DNA of 64,000 nucleotides from Eledone cirrhosa. Lineage: Eukaryota. A program made the translations under genes and the position numbers. The stretch is taken from contig OZ024743.1 of NCBI GenBank assembly GCA_964016885.1, positions 156,240,001-156,304,000 on the forward strand, in the 5' to 3' direction. The notes under the pieces are model-generated. The model saw nothing but the letters and a program-made list of their open reading frames with translations, searched no databases and was not told where the DNA came from. The stretch's first letter is position 1. Each line of letters starts with the position of its first letter. Below, one piece after another: positions 1 through 13,051 of the stretch.

Positions 1-1479
1 ACATATGACTAAAGCCATTCCAACTCATCGTATTCCATATTTAGAGATTGCTACATCATGTTTTACATTATCAAATTTGACCTTCATTTCATATAATTTA
101 TTGTGATAAGTTCAAAATTGACAGCTATTTCAAGCAGTTACAATTACCATATCAAATACCTTTCATTCTATATACCGTGATAGGGGAGCAACGAGAGCGC
201 CCATGATACATGCAGCTTCTTAAGGTCTGGCGGAAGGAAATGTATCGTCAGACCATATAACAGACTCGAATATCGTGACTGAAGTTTACAGAACTACTTA
301 TTTTAATATCATTCAACAACGAAGCCTCATTAGAATCATTCCTCAAATATGCCTCAAATGACCGTGAAGAATAAAGAACAAAGTAGGTTTTCTAACATTT
401 GGAACGTGTTTGATCCAGAGAGTCCTTCGGCAAACTACACCTCATATGAAAATATGTATTCTTTATATAATATCCAATAATGCATATCTATATTAACATC
501 TGCTGAAGCCACACAAAGTATAATGTTTAAATATTATTTATTTGTTTTCTTTTTCCTTTTAGTTGTCATATTCACAACAGAATGGTAAATTAGATTTTAT
601 TGCTAAAATATAATTCATGAAGATGAAGCCTTTTAATTCTTCTAAGGTTGTATCATGATCAATTGTTTCTCAGTAACATTATGGGATAAACTTATATTAA
701 TCCACTACCGTTAAATGAGAAATTGTTTCAAAAGATTTTCGTTGCCCCGTTAGCAAACCATGTTATGACGTGATTCATGCAGCTATTTTATTCTAATATT
801 ATTTAGAAATAAGCGACGATTATTATGGATTCACATTTCTCTCTTCAACCCTCGTGCGAGAAAAATAATCCCCTCCAAAATAAAGTTTCAATTCTCTTTC
901 GGAAATGCATTTACTAGTCTTGGTTATATTTTCAAACAATGTTATTTGTATTATATACTTTTGCATTTTTGCAGAGGTGGGAGTGAACAGAATAACTAGT
1001 TACATTCTGCGGGAACTCTGAAAAATACAAAGAGATTTATTCTGTATTAAACAGTATCACATAAACTAGTAACATGAATTATATTAGATTACAACAATGA
1101 GACTATGAAAAGTATGGATGTCATTATATATCTACCTAATATGAGGAAACAGCTGTTATGTTACATATTCAAACATCATTGATGAATTTATACACAAAAC
1201 GCAAAACCATCCATATTTTGAAAAACAAACTTTGTTGACAGAGTCTGTTGTTCGTTCTCACGTAATAGCATAATTGCATTTAAAGGGTCGGTAATTCAGA
1301 AGCATCATATGTCACTGAACTTTAGATAATCGTTTGCGTGAAATGGTATAATTCTAGAGTTAACAATATGATAATGAATAAATACTTATTTAAAGAAAAG
1401 CATTTCTGGTAATCGTTATTAATTTGAAGTAATTCTTCATGAAATGAGGTTAAAACTCATGGATGACTCATTTGCAATG

Positions 1480-1800
1480 TGGTTTAAATTCAAAGGTTAT
1501 TATTCTATTCCAGATTATATCAGCCCGAGTACTCCAGTGAATTTGCAGAAAAGTTGGCGTTGCTGAATCTTCATGCCGAGAAATCTCTAGAGTTCGGTAT
1601 GCGCATAAAGGCACAGCACAGTTCTGTCTGCAAATGTTCATTACCAGCGCATTGCCTGGTTGTGGAGACATGTCAAAGAGCTCTCATAACCTTTCCAGTA
1701 TTGCACACCGTGAAACAGACGTTCACCTCTGAAGCCGTAATGTTAACATAGAATAAATGCGTGTAGTCGCTTGCATGAAAAGGATTGTAAGAAGGACATT
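1480..1800 (+). pseudogene. Possible hAT-family transposase C-terminal (dimerisation region) remnant
   Basis: Frame reads ...ETCQRALITFPVLHTVKQTFTS.AVMLT*NK..RL, loosely resembling the hAT C-terminal pattern (ALxxLIPFxTxYLxExxFS...KxRxRL); heavily decayed, no TIRs seen. Confidence 0.3.
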
Positions 1801-2239
1801 ATTCTTACAATTAAGTACAATACTTAATCATATTTCTTTATTGTTTCAAGTATTACATTTAACATGTTCTAATATGCATGTAGAGATTATTTCCAGATAT
1901 TTCAGTCTCTTACACGTCACAAATATGATGTTATTTTCATCGTTGATTTACCCCCAGATACTTGGGTTTCTATATTTTTTTAAATGTCTTCTAATGTGTC
2001 TTCTAAGTATTAAAATATCTCAAGAAATAAGATGAATAATTATGTTCAATTATAATTTCAAATATCTAAAAAAGATTCTACTTCCATTCATATATTCCTC
2101 TTTACGATCCGTGACAGAATTAAGGCCTATTTTGTTTTACCCAGTTATTATAGCCAGTCGTTGAATAGAGCTCGTTTGGATCCTTCTTTTGCACCATTAA
2201 TTATTTTTCACTCACCTCCAGATCAAAATTAAAGGAAAG

Positions 2240-3035
2240 AAATGAAGAAAAGGAACAAGATCGTGTTTTGGAGCCGAGAGGAAACGAAAGACAGGGAGAT
2301 GTTGTTTCTTACACTCCAAGAAGAAGCACATGGTTGTGGACAAACCATTTCTCGAATCTGTGGAGAACTTCGTGAAAAACAATCGACGTAGGAGCCTTAC
2401 CAAAGAGGAAAAGCTGGACATTTTCTCTGTACAAGCCAACTTTCATCATGAACGTGTTTTGCTGCACAGTAATAAGATACCTGGGGGAATGACGTAGAAT
2501 GCAGATGCCACGAACCATACTGCGAATGTCCTTGGTCTAAGTAATAAGCTGCGCTGCTAAATCTGGACCAAATTTGTTAAGAATGGAGAAAATTCGGAGC
2601 AGAAGATGACTGGATATAGAAATTCAAAGGCTTCCGTACTTCTTCATCATCATCTTCTAACTTCCCTAATCAAGATATTTGTTAGACATTGTCGGGCGAT
2701 TCACACTAGGACTTTTTATCGAGGGCTAATGGATTGTTCTATGGAAAACGGTTTCGGTGCTGTCAACCTAAGCAAGTCCAGGCACCTCTGAGATCTGTTC
2801 AAAGATTCCTTAAGCGAAAAGAATACTGTCACAGAACATTCCTAAGCGGGATATCTATTCAGTCAGATTAGTTACTCGCAATGCAGCGAAGAAGCGATGA
2901 ATTGTGTAAATGGATGAAAGCTTTACAAGCATACTATAGCCATTGAAGACGATGAAGTGTCCGAAGATGAAGTCAGTGATGGGGAAAGGGATATTTCTCG
3001 CAGTAGTGATGAAGATAACTTCAATAAATGGTAAA
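2240..3035 (+). pseudogene. Internally deleted IS630/Tc1/mariner-like transposase remnant
   Basis: Joined frames give RRSLTKEEKLDI..., LRSVQRFLKRKEY (second HTH), KR*IV*MDES (first catalytic Asp motif) and an acidic tail IEDDEVSEDEVSDGE; several stops and frameshifts. Confidence 0.45.
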
Positions 3036-3403
3036 ATACAATACTTGTGAGCCTGGTTTCTTTTATTTTCTCTCAAAATCGAAAAAAGTTCATAACTTTT
3101 TAGCCAGAATTACAAAACTACAAAACTATAGTTTATGGAGTCGCCAAAGCTATATTCATTTCCAAATAGCATCAAATAACTGTGGTAAAAAACCCAGCTC
3201 AGTTGTCTCGCGGAATATTAATATGCCTAGATTAGCTATATGGTATTAAAAATCGAATTATGAACTTAACATATTGACATTGAGCGCGAATGACTGGTAT
3301 AGAGCAATACAGACCGCTATGTTACAAATGGTCTGAGGAAACATAATATCTTACCTGAACGCTAATCTTTCCAATATGCATCATTTGTCTTCATAAGAAA
3401 CGA

Positions 3404-3440
3404 CTGGCAGAAAACCACTCTTCGGGCGGTTTTCTGCTAG
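3404..3440. other. Stable stem-loop with C(UUCG)G tetraloop ending in CTAG
   Basis: CTGGCAGAAAACC-A-CTC-TTCG-GG-C-GGTTTTCTGCTAG: 13-bp outer stem (one G-T pair) plus a short inner stem. Confidence 0.7.
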
Positions 3441-3523
3441 CATATGTAGTGTGCGTCTTGGTTTTATACGCAAATATATATGATTATAGATGTGATATGT
3501 ACATTGACACTAAATTGACATAT

Positions 3524-4160
3524 CTTCTTCTTCGTCCACTTATTTCTGACAAGGTCGTGGGGGCAAAGTCCTCTTCAAACACTCTTTCCAGCGAGTCTGT
3601 CAGAAGCAAACATGTCTAACTGATCCAGCTAGATCCCAAAGCGTGACCAGCCAAACTCATGGATGCTATCCAACTATCTTGCTCGGGGTCTGCCTTTGGG
3701 TCTCTTGCTGGTTGGTTTTGCCTGTAAAATCTGTCCAACAATTCTTTCCTGAGACATGTTAACCACATGCCCATAGTATGGGAGCTCTGATCTCTCAATC
3801 TTGAGAAGTAGCGGCTCTACCAGAAGTGATTCTCTGATCTCTGATCTATGTATTTTATCGAGGGACGTTACTCCAAAGTCACTTAAAAAAAACACAATTT
3901 CTGACGTTTGCATTTGCAATTCTATTCGTTCGGTCATTACCCAAGATTCATGATCCTCGGTAAGGGTTGGCAGAAATAGCAAGAAGACAGCGACTTTGGC
4001 TTTTACACCTGCCAACCTTCTTCTGATTACTGAATACAGAACCTGGTGCATTACTGCATCAGCACTTGCAATACTTGCACTTAATTCAGCCTCCTTCCTT
4101 CCATCGCCCACGAGATACTTGAACTTCTCCACCTGCTTCTGTAGAGCTCCATTCACATTT
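3524..4160 (-). mobile_element. RTE-clade LINE 3' fragment
   Basis: ORF 3674..4261 contains VEKFKYL...IERSELPYYGHVVNMSQERIVGQILQAKPTSKRPKGRPRAR (RTE C-terminal GH...RPxGRP motif); (GAA)n tail at 3524-3533. Confidence 0.8.
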
Positions 4161-4308
4161 AAATAAATGTGAGCGACTTCTGTCCATCCGTTCGTCATAA
4201 AATGAGTGTGTGTGTTTGTGGGAATGTATGTGTATGTAAAAGGAAGGAATTGGATACGCACATATATGTCTCTAACTTAATAATGACGACGCACACACAA
4301 ACATATAT

Positions 4309-4380
<72 letters not shown>
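4309..4380. repeat. Compound (CA)n(TA)n microsatellite
   Basis: Directly visible. Confidence 0.95.
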
Positions 4381-4849
4381 GTATGCTAGGGAAAGGAGCA
4401 GGGGTGTATAACACTCCACTTATCCAGCAGGCAGTATGAGGTTAGCTCAATATCTGAGGACAGAGCCGTAATATAATAAATAACAAAGAACGCTTATAGC
4501 ATATGCATATCTTTACTTGCTAACATTGTTTCATCCGCACTATAAGTGGGACTCATCAGAGCATAAAGGTTAATTACATACCATACAAGCAATAACAAAT
4601 CCAAGACATTGAAGAATGAAAGGTAATAATGGACGATAAAGGATAAGAATAAAAATAAAAGTAAAAATAAAAATAAGGGGTGCTATCAGTCACAGTTGGG
4701 CGGGGTGCTGTCAACATATAGTTACATACAAGCATACACATGGATAAGAGAACAGACAAGAGTAGACACATGGATAAGAGAACAGACAAGAGTAGATAAG
4801 ATAGATGGGATTAGGTAAGAGTAGGTAAAAAATAGGTGAAAAACAGACT

Positions 4850-5102
4850 TATAATATATATAAATAAGAAAATATAAAGAAATACAAAGAAATACATAAC
4901 AAACTTACATATAAAATATAGGGTAAGGAATGAGATAAAATAATATAAAATTAAAATTAAAAATTATATACATAGAACATAATATAATATAATCATAAAA
5001 TAAGATAAAATAAGGTAAACTAAAATCAAATAACATAGACTAAATTAAAATAATATAATATAAGATATAATTAAATGTATAATTAAATGTAATTAAATGT
5101 AA

Positions 5103-5138
<36 letters not shown>

Positions 5139-5335
5139 AAAAATAAATAAAAATTAAATAAATAAATAAAATTTAAATTTAAATTTTAAAATTAAAATTA
5201 AAATTTAAATTTAAATAAATAAATAAATAAATAAATGGAGTCAAGTAAGTAAATAAATAAAATTAGATAACATGAAATGAAATAAAATAAAATGAAATAA
5301 AGTAAATTGAGATAAGATATATATTTTTTTAGAAT
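4850..5335. repeat. AT-rich low-complexity tract with (AAAT)n
   Basis: Directly visible. Confidence 0.85.
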
Positions 5336-5340
5336 ATATC

Positions 5341-5483
5341 TTTTGAAAATATCAGGGGCCCACGAAGGCACTAAGTGTCACAGTTATGTGTATCACTTGA
5401 CCAATTTTTTAAAATATATTTCTTGAAAACATCAGGGGCCCACGAAGGCACTAAGTGTCACAGTCAACAGTATCACTTGACCA
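5341..5483 (+). repeat. Direct duplication (~80-bp period)
   Basis: ATCAGGGGCCCACGAAGGCACTAAGTGTCACAGT...GTATCACTTGACCA occurs at ~5351 and ~5431. Confidence 0.9.
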
Positions 5484-6812
5484 TTGCAAGGCAATGGAGG
5501 CGTCCCAGGTTGGGCAGTCTCGAAAGTTCACTCGAAAGTCATGGGTGTGCATTCACACAGTTGAGCGGTGGGGTAATCACAAACCGGTTCACACACGGGC
5601 AGGAGTCCAATGGTCAGAGAGAGGTGCATCGAAGGAGGTAGAAGAATTCACGTGCATTAGCAAGCAAGGTGCAGGCGGGTTAAAGCAAGCAGACACAGTT
5701 GTAGCGCATACACAATATATATAAAAAGATATATAAAAAGACAGAAGATATATAAAAAATAGCTTCAAGAGCCATTAAGTCACCGCATTGGGACATCACA
5801 AGATTGTACACATCAATATGTTCAGCACGTATATGCACGTATACACACCACATGCATATGCAGAGACGGTATACATATATATATATATATTTTTTTTTAT
5901 ATAAACAGACACATACAGCCACCTACACCCATACACATATACATGTATACACGGACACACACGCACACACACACAGCGTAGGACACCCGGGTCAAAGCCG
6001 ATATTAAACACCGAAATACCACATTAGACCAGACCCACTACCACAGGTAATACAATCAAAACAAATACATACGATGAGATGTAGTAAAATAAAGTTGAAA
6101 TCCTACGGAGATATTCATGTCCGCACGTGCCATTGACCGATTCGAGTGTACACAGACCGTTAGTAACTACGGAGGGCTATCGGGGCCAAAATGTTACTTT
6201 CGGGATCTTAAAAACGACCGTCAATATATGGAAGGCCGATCGTGCTAGAAAGACTACAACCCCGGGTAAGAGCTCCCAGAGGTCAGCCTGTAGATCTTGA
6301 ACCACAGAATATGAGGGCAACACGTATATGCGCCACGTATCCACTGCTTACGGCGGGATGGCACGGGTCCGCCCACAGTTACAGGCTAAATTTCTACTAG
6401 TGCAGCCTGAATCGCAGTACACGCTTTACATAAATACATTACATCACAACTCATGCGCATACAGAGGTACAGATCAACAAGATATACGTCAGGATAGGTC
6501 CACCAATGCACTAATGGTGGGTAGGCCAGCGTGGATGGGTTACATCCACTGTGCCAAACAGGGGTGCTTATTAACATACACTCCCCTGCACACCCCAATA
6601 TCAAGATCAATATCCTCCCACAGGCATACGTATACATTCACCGACTCGTATACATAGACGACCAACAATAGGAGACAGTTACACACAGTCAGAGACAGTT
6701 ACACAAGACAGCCCAACTGGAGGAATAAGGAAGTGCTAGCTAACAGGTTTAAAGTAGAAGAAAGAGCTTAATATTCGGTGGGGGCAAGAGGAAAAAATTT
6801 CAGACTTTCTAT

Positions 6813-6874
<62 letters not shown>

Positions 6875-6949
6875 CTCACACGTCTCTAATTTAAGAATTC
6901 CGACAAACTAACGTGTCACACATACACACACTTCCCTATTACCACTTAA

Positions 6950-7400
6950 AATCTGTGGCCCGGGCAATCATCCCCGCAATTTTGAAACCCTCAGGGATGT
7001 CCAGAATTGATGGGAAAATACCTGACGGTCTTACCTTGTGCACCTGGTCAAGAGGCAGATGCCTTGTCTGGGACATCACAGTTAGTGACACGTTTGCTTC
7101 CCGCATCCTGGAGGTAGCAATGAAGGCGAGAGCCACAGCATCCACAGCTGAGCAGAACAAAATCCTAAAATAACGTGATCTGTTCGCTAACTACATTTTC
7201 CAGCCTGTGGCATCCGAGAGATTTGGGGAAGTCGGGCTCCCGACAGCGAGATTATATTCTTCACTGGCGGCTCGCTTAACAGAGGTAACTGTTGAAACTC
7301 ATGAGGGTGCTTGGTTGTTCCAGTACCTCAGCCTCGCTTTTCCCCGCGGTAACGATGTGAGCATGAAGGCTTGCCTCAAAAATTATTAGAGAGGTTTCCC
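6950..7400 (+). mobile_element. CRE-clade non-LTR retrotransposon 3' fragment (restriction-like endonuclease domain)
   Basis: IPAILKPSGMSRIDGKIPDGLTLCTWSRGRCLVWDITVSDT...AEQNKILK*RDL...FQPVASERFG...WLFQYLSLAFPRGN matches the CRE RLE pattern RPDG...WDxT...K..Y and terminal QRGN. Confidence 0.8.
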
Positions 7401-7489
7401 ACTGCTTCCCGGCGATATTGTTACCTTTTGCTCTGATAGTAGCGCGTTTGTCCACCCCCTTTCACCTGCCTTTTGTTGTATGAGCTCCT

Positions 7490-7655
7490 AGTTGTATGTA
7501 TTACATGTTTGCGTGTTGTATGTGGTCCTAGATGTATGTATTACCTGTTTGTGTGTTGTATGTGGTCCTAGATGTGTGTATTACCTATTTTGTGTTGTAA
7601 GCCTAACCTGTTTGTGTGTTTAATGTGGTCCTAGATGTGTGTATTACCTGCCACT
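7490..7655. repeat. ~40-bp minisatellite downstream of the CRE fragment
   Basis: GTATTACCTGTTTGTGTGTTGTATGTGGTCCTAGATGT repeated about 4 times with variants. Confidence 0.85.
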
Positions 7656-7993
7656 GTGTTTTATCTCTTTCTGTTTTTTTCCTTTCCCTTTCCTTTGTAT
7701 ATATTATATTTGTTTGGGTTTTCGTTCTGTGAGCATTAAATTATTATATTGCTTGTACAAATGTGAATAAAACCTGTCACAACAAATAATGTGTGTTTGT
7801 GTAAATGTATGTATGTCTTTGTGTGAAAGTATGTATATTTGTGTGAATGTATGTCTGTGAGTGTACATTTTTGTACGTGTGTCTGTGATTGGATGATTAG
7901 TTATATAGTCATACATATAAATGTATGTATATGCACATACACACACGCGTACGCATACGCACACATCCTAATCTTTTCATCCCTCTCTCTCTC

Positions 7994-8150
<157 letters not shown>

Positions 8151-8299
8151 CTCATAGTTACTTTGTATCTCTCTCTTCAAACACTCTCTTTGTCTTTCTC
8201 GCTCTGTCTATATACAGAGCCGAAACATCTATAATCAGCAGTTAACAGCTGATGAAGGGTTTCTTCACTTGCTTCGTCTATATTACCATCTTACATTCT

Positions 8300-9170
8300 G
8301 TTTACAGTAACCACACAGGTTAAAGTTATAGTGGTGTGTAAGTATAAAGATGTGATGAGGGTAGCAATATTATTAGTATGAAAATAAATATTAAATATAT
8401 ACATATATGTATTGGTTAAATCACAGACGGTTAGAGTGGGAAGAAAGAATATAATAAGTAACTTATAAAAGATAAATTAATAAATTAAAAGTTAGGTCAG
8501 AGGTTAAGAGATATAGGATAGGATACAAGGGAAGAGGTGAAATAGCTTTAGAGAGGGAGAATGAAAGAAAGTGAAAGATAGTGAAATAAAGTGAAAGAAA
8601 TGTTAGGATGTTTATGATGTTGATTTAGTGATTAGTTGGTTTCTTGACAGTTAATAATAGTGGGTTGGTGTATAGTTATTATAATATACTCTGGGTGGTT
8701 TAGCTTGAATTATGGGATTGTTGGATCGAATCATGTTGGTTTGAAATTTCCGGATTTAGTAGCTGCTTTGTGCCTACAGAAAATTGATTGTTCTATTTTG
8801 CTGTTAAGCATCATTTTGTCATGCTTTAAAATATGGAACAGCTTCATACTGAAAAGGCCACAGTGAGACATTCCACTTCTGTAGGCCATAGCTCCCGATA
8901 ATTTCGACCAGCTAATCCTGTATTCTTGGTTTGTTTCCTTAAGCTGCCAGATTTTAGTGGCCAGCGTTGTTGTGCTTTCTAGTCTACGGTTCTTTATAGA
9001 ATGTCTGTGATTCATACCATCTTTTTTTTAACTTCCCAACCGTAGAACGTATGTAGTGCCATACTAAGTTACCCGGATTTATAGTACACAGATACACTAT
9101 ATTTGATTCTAGGCATCTATTTTGTAGTGGGCAATTATCCGTTAAGCGGCAGTTGCATTTGGAGGAAAAT
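8300..9170 (-). mobile_element. Penelope-like element 3' fragment (GIY-YIG endonuclease)
   Basis: CNCRLTDNCPLQNRCLESNIVYLCTI...HYIRST...KKRWY.HRHS...TLATKIWQLKE...CGLF...CRHK, typical of the PLE endonuclease; split by a frameshift. Confidence 0.85.
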
Positions 9171-9199
9171 TCTAATTCCGAAAGGTCAGAACGCTGTAG

Positions 9200-9358
9200 A
9201 AAGAGAATTTGCTTCGAAATCACTAGGCGTATCTTGCGAATCCAGAGTCAGATTCGATACACAAACACATCGCACTTCGAGCTGTTCGCCGGAGAAACAA
9301 TTGTGATACGTAATAAATTGAGTTCCGATGCATCACTGATTCTTCGTTTTCCATTTTA
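9200..9358 (+). repeat. PLE pLTR-like segment in inverted orientation with a decayed hammerhead motif
   Basis: CGTAT-CTTGCGA...GAAA-CAATTG-TG-ATACG (stem I CGTAT/ATACG); homologous to 32600-32740; abuts the 5' truncation of the minus-strand PLE. Confidence 0.6.
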
Positions 9359-9366
9359 TATATATA

Positions 9367-10258
<892 letters not shown>

Positions 10259-10433
10259 GCAAAAGTTCTATTTAAAATTGTTGGGAAACAACAAGTAAAT
10301 ATGTTTAAAACTGATATAAAGCACTCGACAAGTATTTGGAGTAGATATACGATATTAATGGATGGCTTCCAAAAATAATGGTTGCATTTTAAAAGGGTAC
10401 GTCAAAGCTTATTTGTAAAACTGTTATATATTG

Positions 10434-10498
10434 TATTTTGTCTGATGAGGGCATACCATAATTTAATTTGGTATCCCTGAAATATGTATAATGAAATA
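10434..10498 (+). ncRNA. Minimal type I hammerhead ribozyme candidate
   Basis: Stem I TATTTTGT/ATGAAATA; CTGATGA at 10442; stem II GGG(C)ATACCA...TGGTAT(C)CCT; GAAA at 10479; near-palindromic TATGTA; then TA cleavage site; followed by AATAAA. Confidence 0.65.
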
Positions 10499-10762
10499 AA
10501 TATGGTTTTATAAATATAGTTTCCATTTATTAATATCGTATATACATATATATATATAAAGTATTAAAAAAATAATGAATAAAACAATGAAACAGTTCCT
10601 TATATTAAACAAAAAAAGTTCATTATTTAACGATCGTTTCTAGGACATATATGTGTTAGAATTGGCATGCATATTCAACAGATCTATGTACTAAATTATA
10701 CAAAATTATACAAACTATCAAATCTAATATACATACCAACACATACATATGCCGTCTTCAGA

Positions 10763-11193
<431 letters not shown>

Positions 11194-11499
11194 TGAAAGT
11201 AACAGATTAAAGTTTAAGCAAGGAATCGCTGCTTTCACCTTTATCCAACTCATTTTACTAACGGGGACAAAAGACATTCTGGACGCTGTCCTGCATTCCT
11301 CCCTTTATTATAGTATAGGTTATGGGACGTTTATACCTACATTTTCTCGTTGGCAACGCTAGGTATTCCTCTAAACAGTGTATTGTCTCACAGAATCCCT
11401 TCGTTTTTTGACAACAAAATGTGGCCATCGTGACTAAGAATTGTAATCCCCTTAAATATCGTTTATTTTAATAATAAGTTTTGCATGAAAGGAAGCAGA

Positions 11500-12510
11500 C
11501 TGACTTCACCCGGCTCTCGCCTCTGTTCTCATCCCGACTATAACACCTGTCCATTCTTTTTCTAACCTCACCACTCTCACACGCACTAACAATTCATTCC
11601 GTAGCCGCTACTCCTTGTCCTGCACATCCACCCATGCAGTCTATACCCATTTGCTGTTCCTTGCACATCGGACAAACAGTCCGCCGTTTAACGATCCGTT
11701 TCGCTGAACACTTGAGGGATATACTTTGTATGGATACCTCCAATGCACGTCATTTCCAGTCCCCAACCCACTCCTCCCTGCATGACTCAGTCTTTGATGT
11801 CCTTTTTACATCACGGATCACTTACCTAGCGAAGCAGGACTGAGCAGCCTCTGAATTTCCATATTTGGTACAATTTCCACAATGAACTCAACTCCCCTCC
11901 CCAATTTATTTAATATTACACACGATTGTATTTAGTTCTGTACCCCTAGCCACTGTCAATATTACATAGGCGTAGAGTCCCATCCTAGGTGGTATGGCTC
12001 TATTGTGGTCAGAAACACAACTTCTTGCAGCATACACAGGACAACAATAAACACACACACGTCTACATTTACCTTCACAGCTCTGTACTAAGCAACAACT
12101 AACATACGCATACGTCCTTATATACACACCCATTTGCTCATATCATTCTACTTACAAACAAACACACACGCTCTTATACATTCATCCACTCACATATCTT
12201 ATATTTCTCTGGACCAATACAAACACACACGTATGCGCACGTGCATGCGTACAGCTCTATATACAACATAGATTTTTCGTTTCAGATAGTCTTGTTCGAT
12301 TACCACCTTTTAACATAAGTGTATCTTACACAAAACGCCAGCATCGATAGTTTTCTTGGATATGGCGATATAAATTGACCTGTTATTTTTCTCTAATATA
12401 TTTGTTTCGTGTCCGCCCCTGCCCGTCTCCTTCTTTCATATGGTCTTTAATTTCTTAGTCAATGTTCTGATGAGGGACTAGAGTCAGAATATTTAAGACA
12501 CATTTCATAC
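11500..12510 (+). mobile_element. Penelope-like GIY-YIG 3' fragment with a decayed hammerhead at its end
   Basis: SCTSTHAVY.ICCSLHIGQTVRRLTIRFAEHLRDI...ARHF; CTGATGA-GGGACTAGAGTC-AGAAT at 12467. Confidence 0.7.
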
Positions 12511-12551
12511 TATATCAAGCGTAACACTAATAATAATAATAATAATAATAA

Positions 12552-12737
12552 TTGTTTCTACTTTAGGCACAAGGCCAGCAATTACCCAGTGCATTACTGG
12601 TACGTTATTTTATCGACCCCGTAACGATGAAATGCAAAGTCAACCTCGGCGGGATTTGAACTTAGATCGTAAAGGCACGTAACTATATTGGAAAGCATGG
12701 CGTCCGACTCTCTACCGATACTGCCAATCCACCACCC

Positions 12738-12738
<1 letters not shown>
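12552..12738 (-). mobile_element. tRNA-derived SINE (octopus OK/OR-like)
   Basis: Minus strand has an A-box-like TGGCAGTATCGGTAG and a B-box GTTCAAATCCCGCCGAGG, then TTTCATC..GGGGTCGATAAAA..GTACCAG; (ATT)n tail; second copy at 54450. Confidence 0.85.
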
Positions 12739-12768
<30 letters not shown>

Positions 12769-13051
12769 TTAATTTAAAAAAATATATATATAATAATAAT
12801 GCTTTCTTTATTAACCACAAGGGTTTACACAAAGTAGACATTAAGGACAGTACAGGACAATACTGGGCGGTACAAAAGGGCATTTCTGCGTGTAAAAAAT
12901 CAAAAAACAGAGGATGTAATAATAGAACAATGAAAAAATTCCACAATAAGGGGGAAACTTGCGAGGGGATTTCGTGGAGAAAGCCCATTAAAAAGCCACA
13001 GTAACCCTGACCTCCAGGGCAAGTGCCCTCTCCCAGTTTTCCACCTTTAAT

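Noticed and set aside
2153-3409. 10-bp inverted match GCCAGTCGTT as TIRs of the Tc1-like remnant
   Set aside because: Too short, no TA duplication at both ends, and it overlaps the 3404 hairpin
6000-6700. Possible decayed APE endonuclease on the minus strand (GVVVFL...DPES...DFN)
   Set aside because: Too few motifs across broken frames to support a call
7490-7655. CRISPR-like periodicity (also at 36750-37035 and 63670-63950)
   Set aside because: Tandem units without unique spacers, eukaryotic context, no cas genes
8218-8265. GAAACATCTA...CTGATGA as a permuted hammerhead
   Set aside because: Stems do not close correctly around the core
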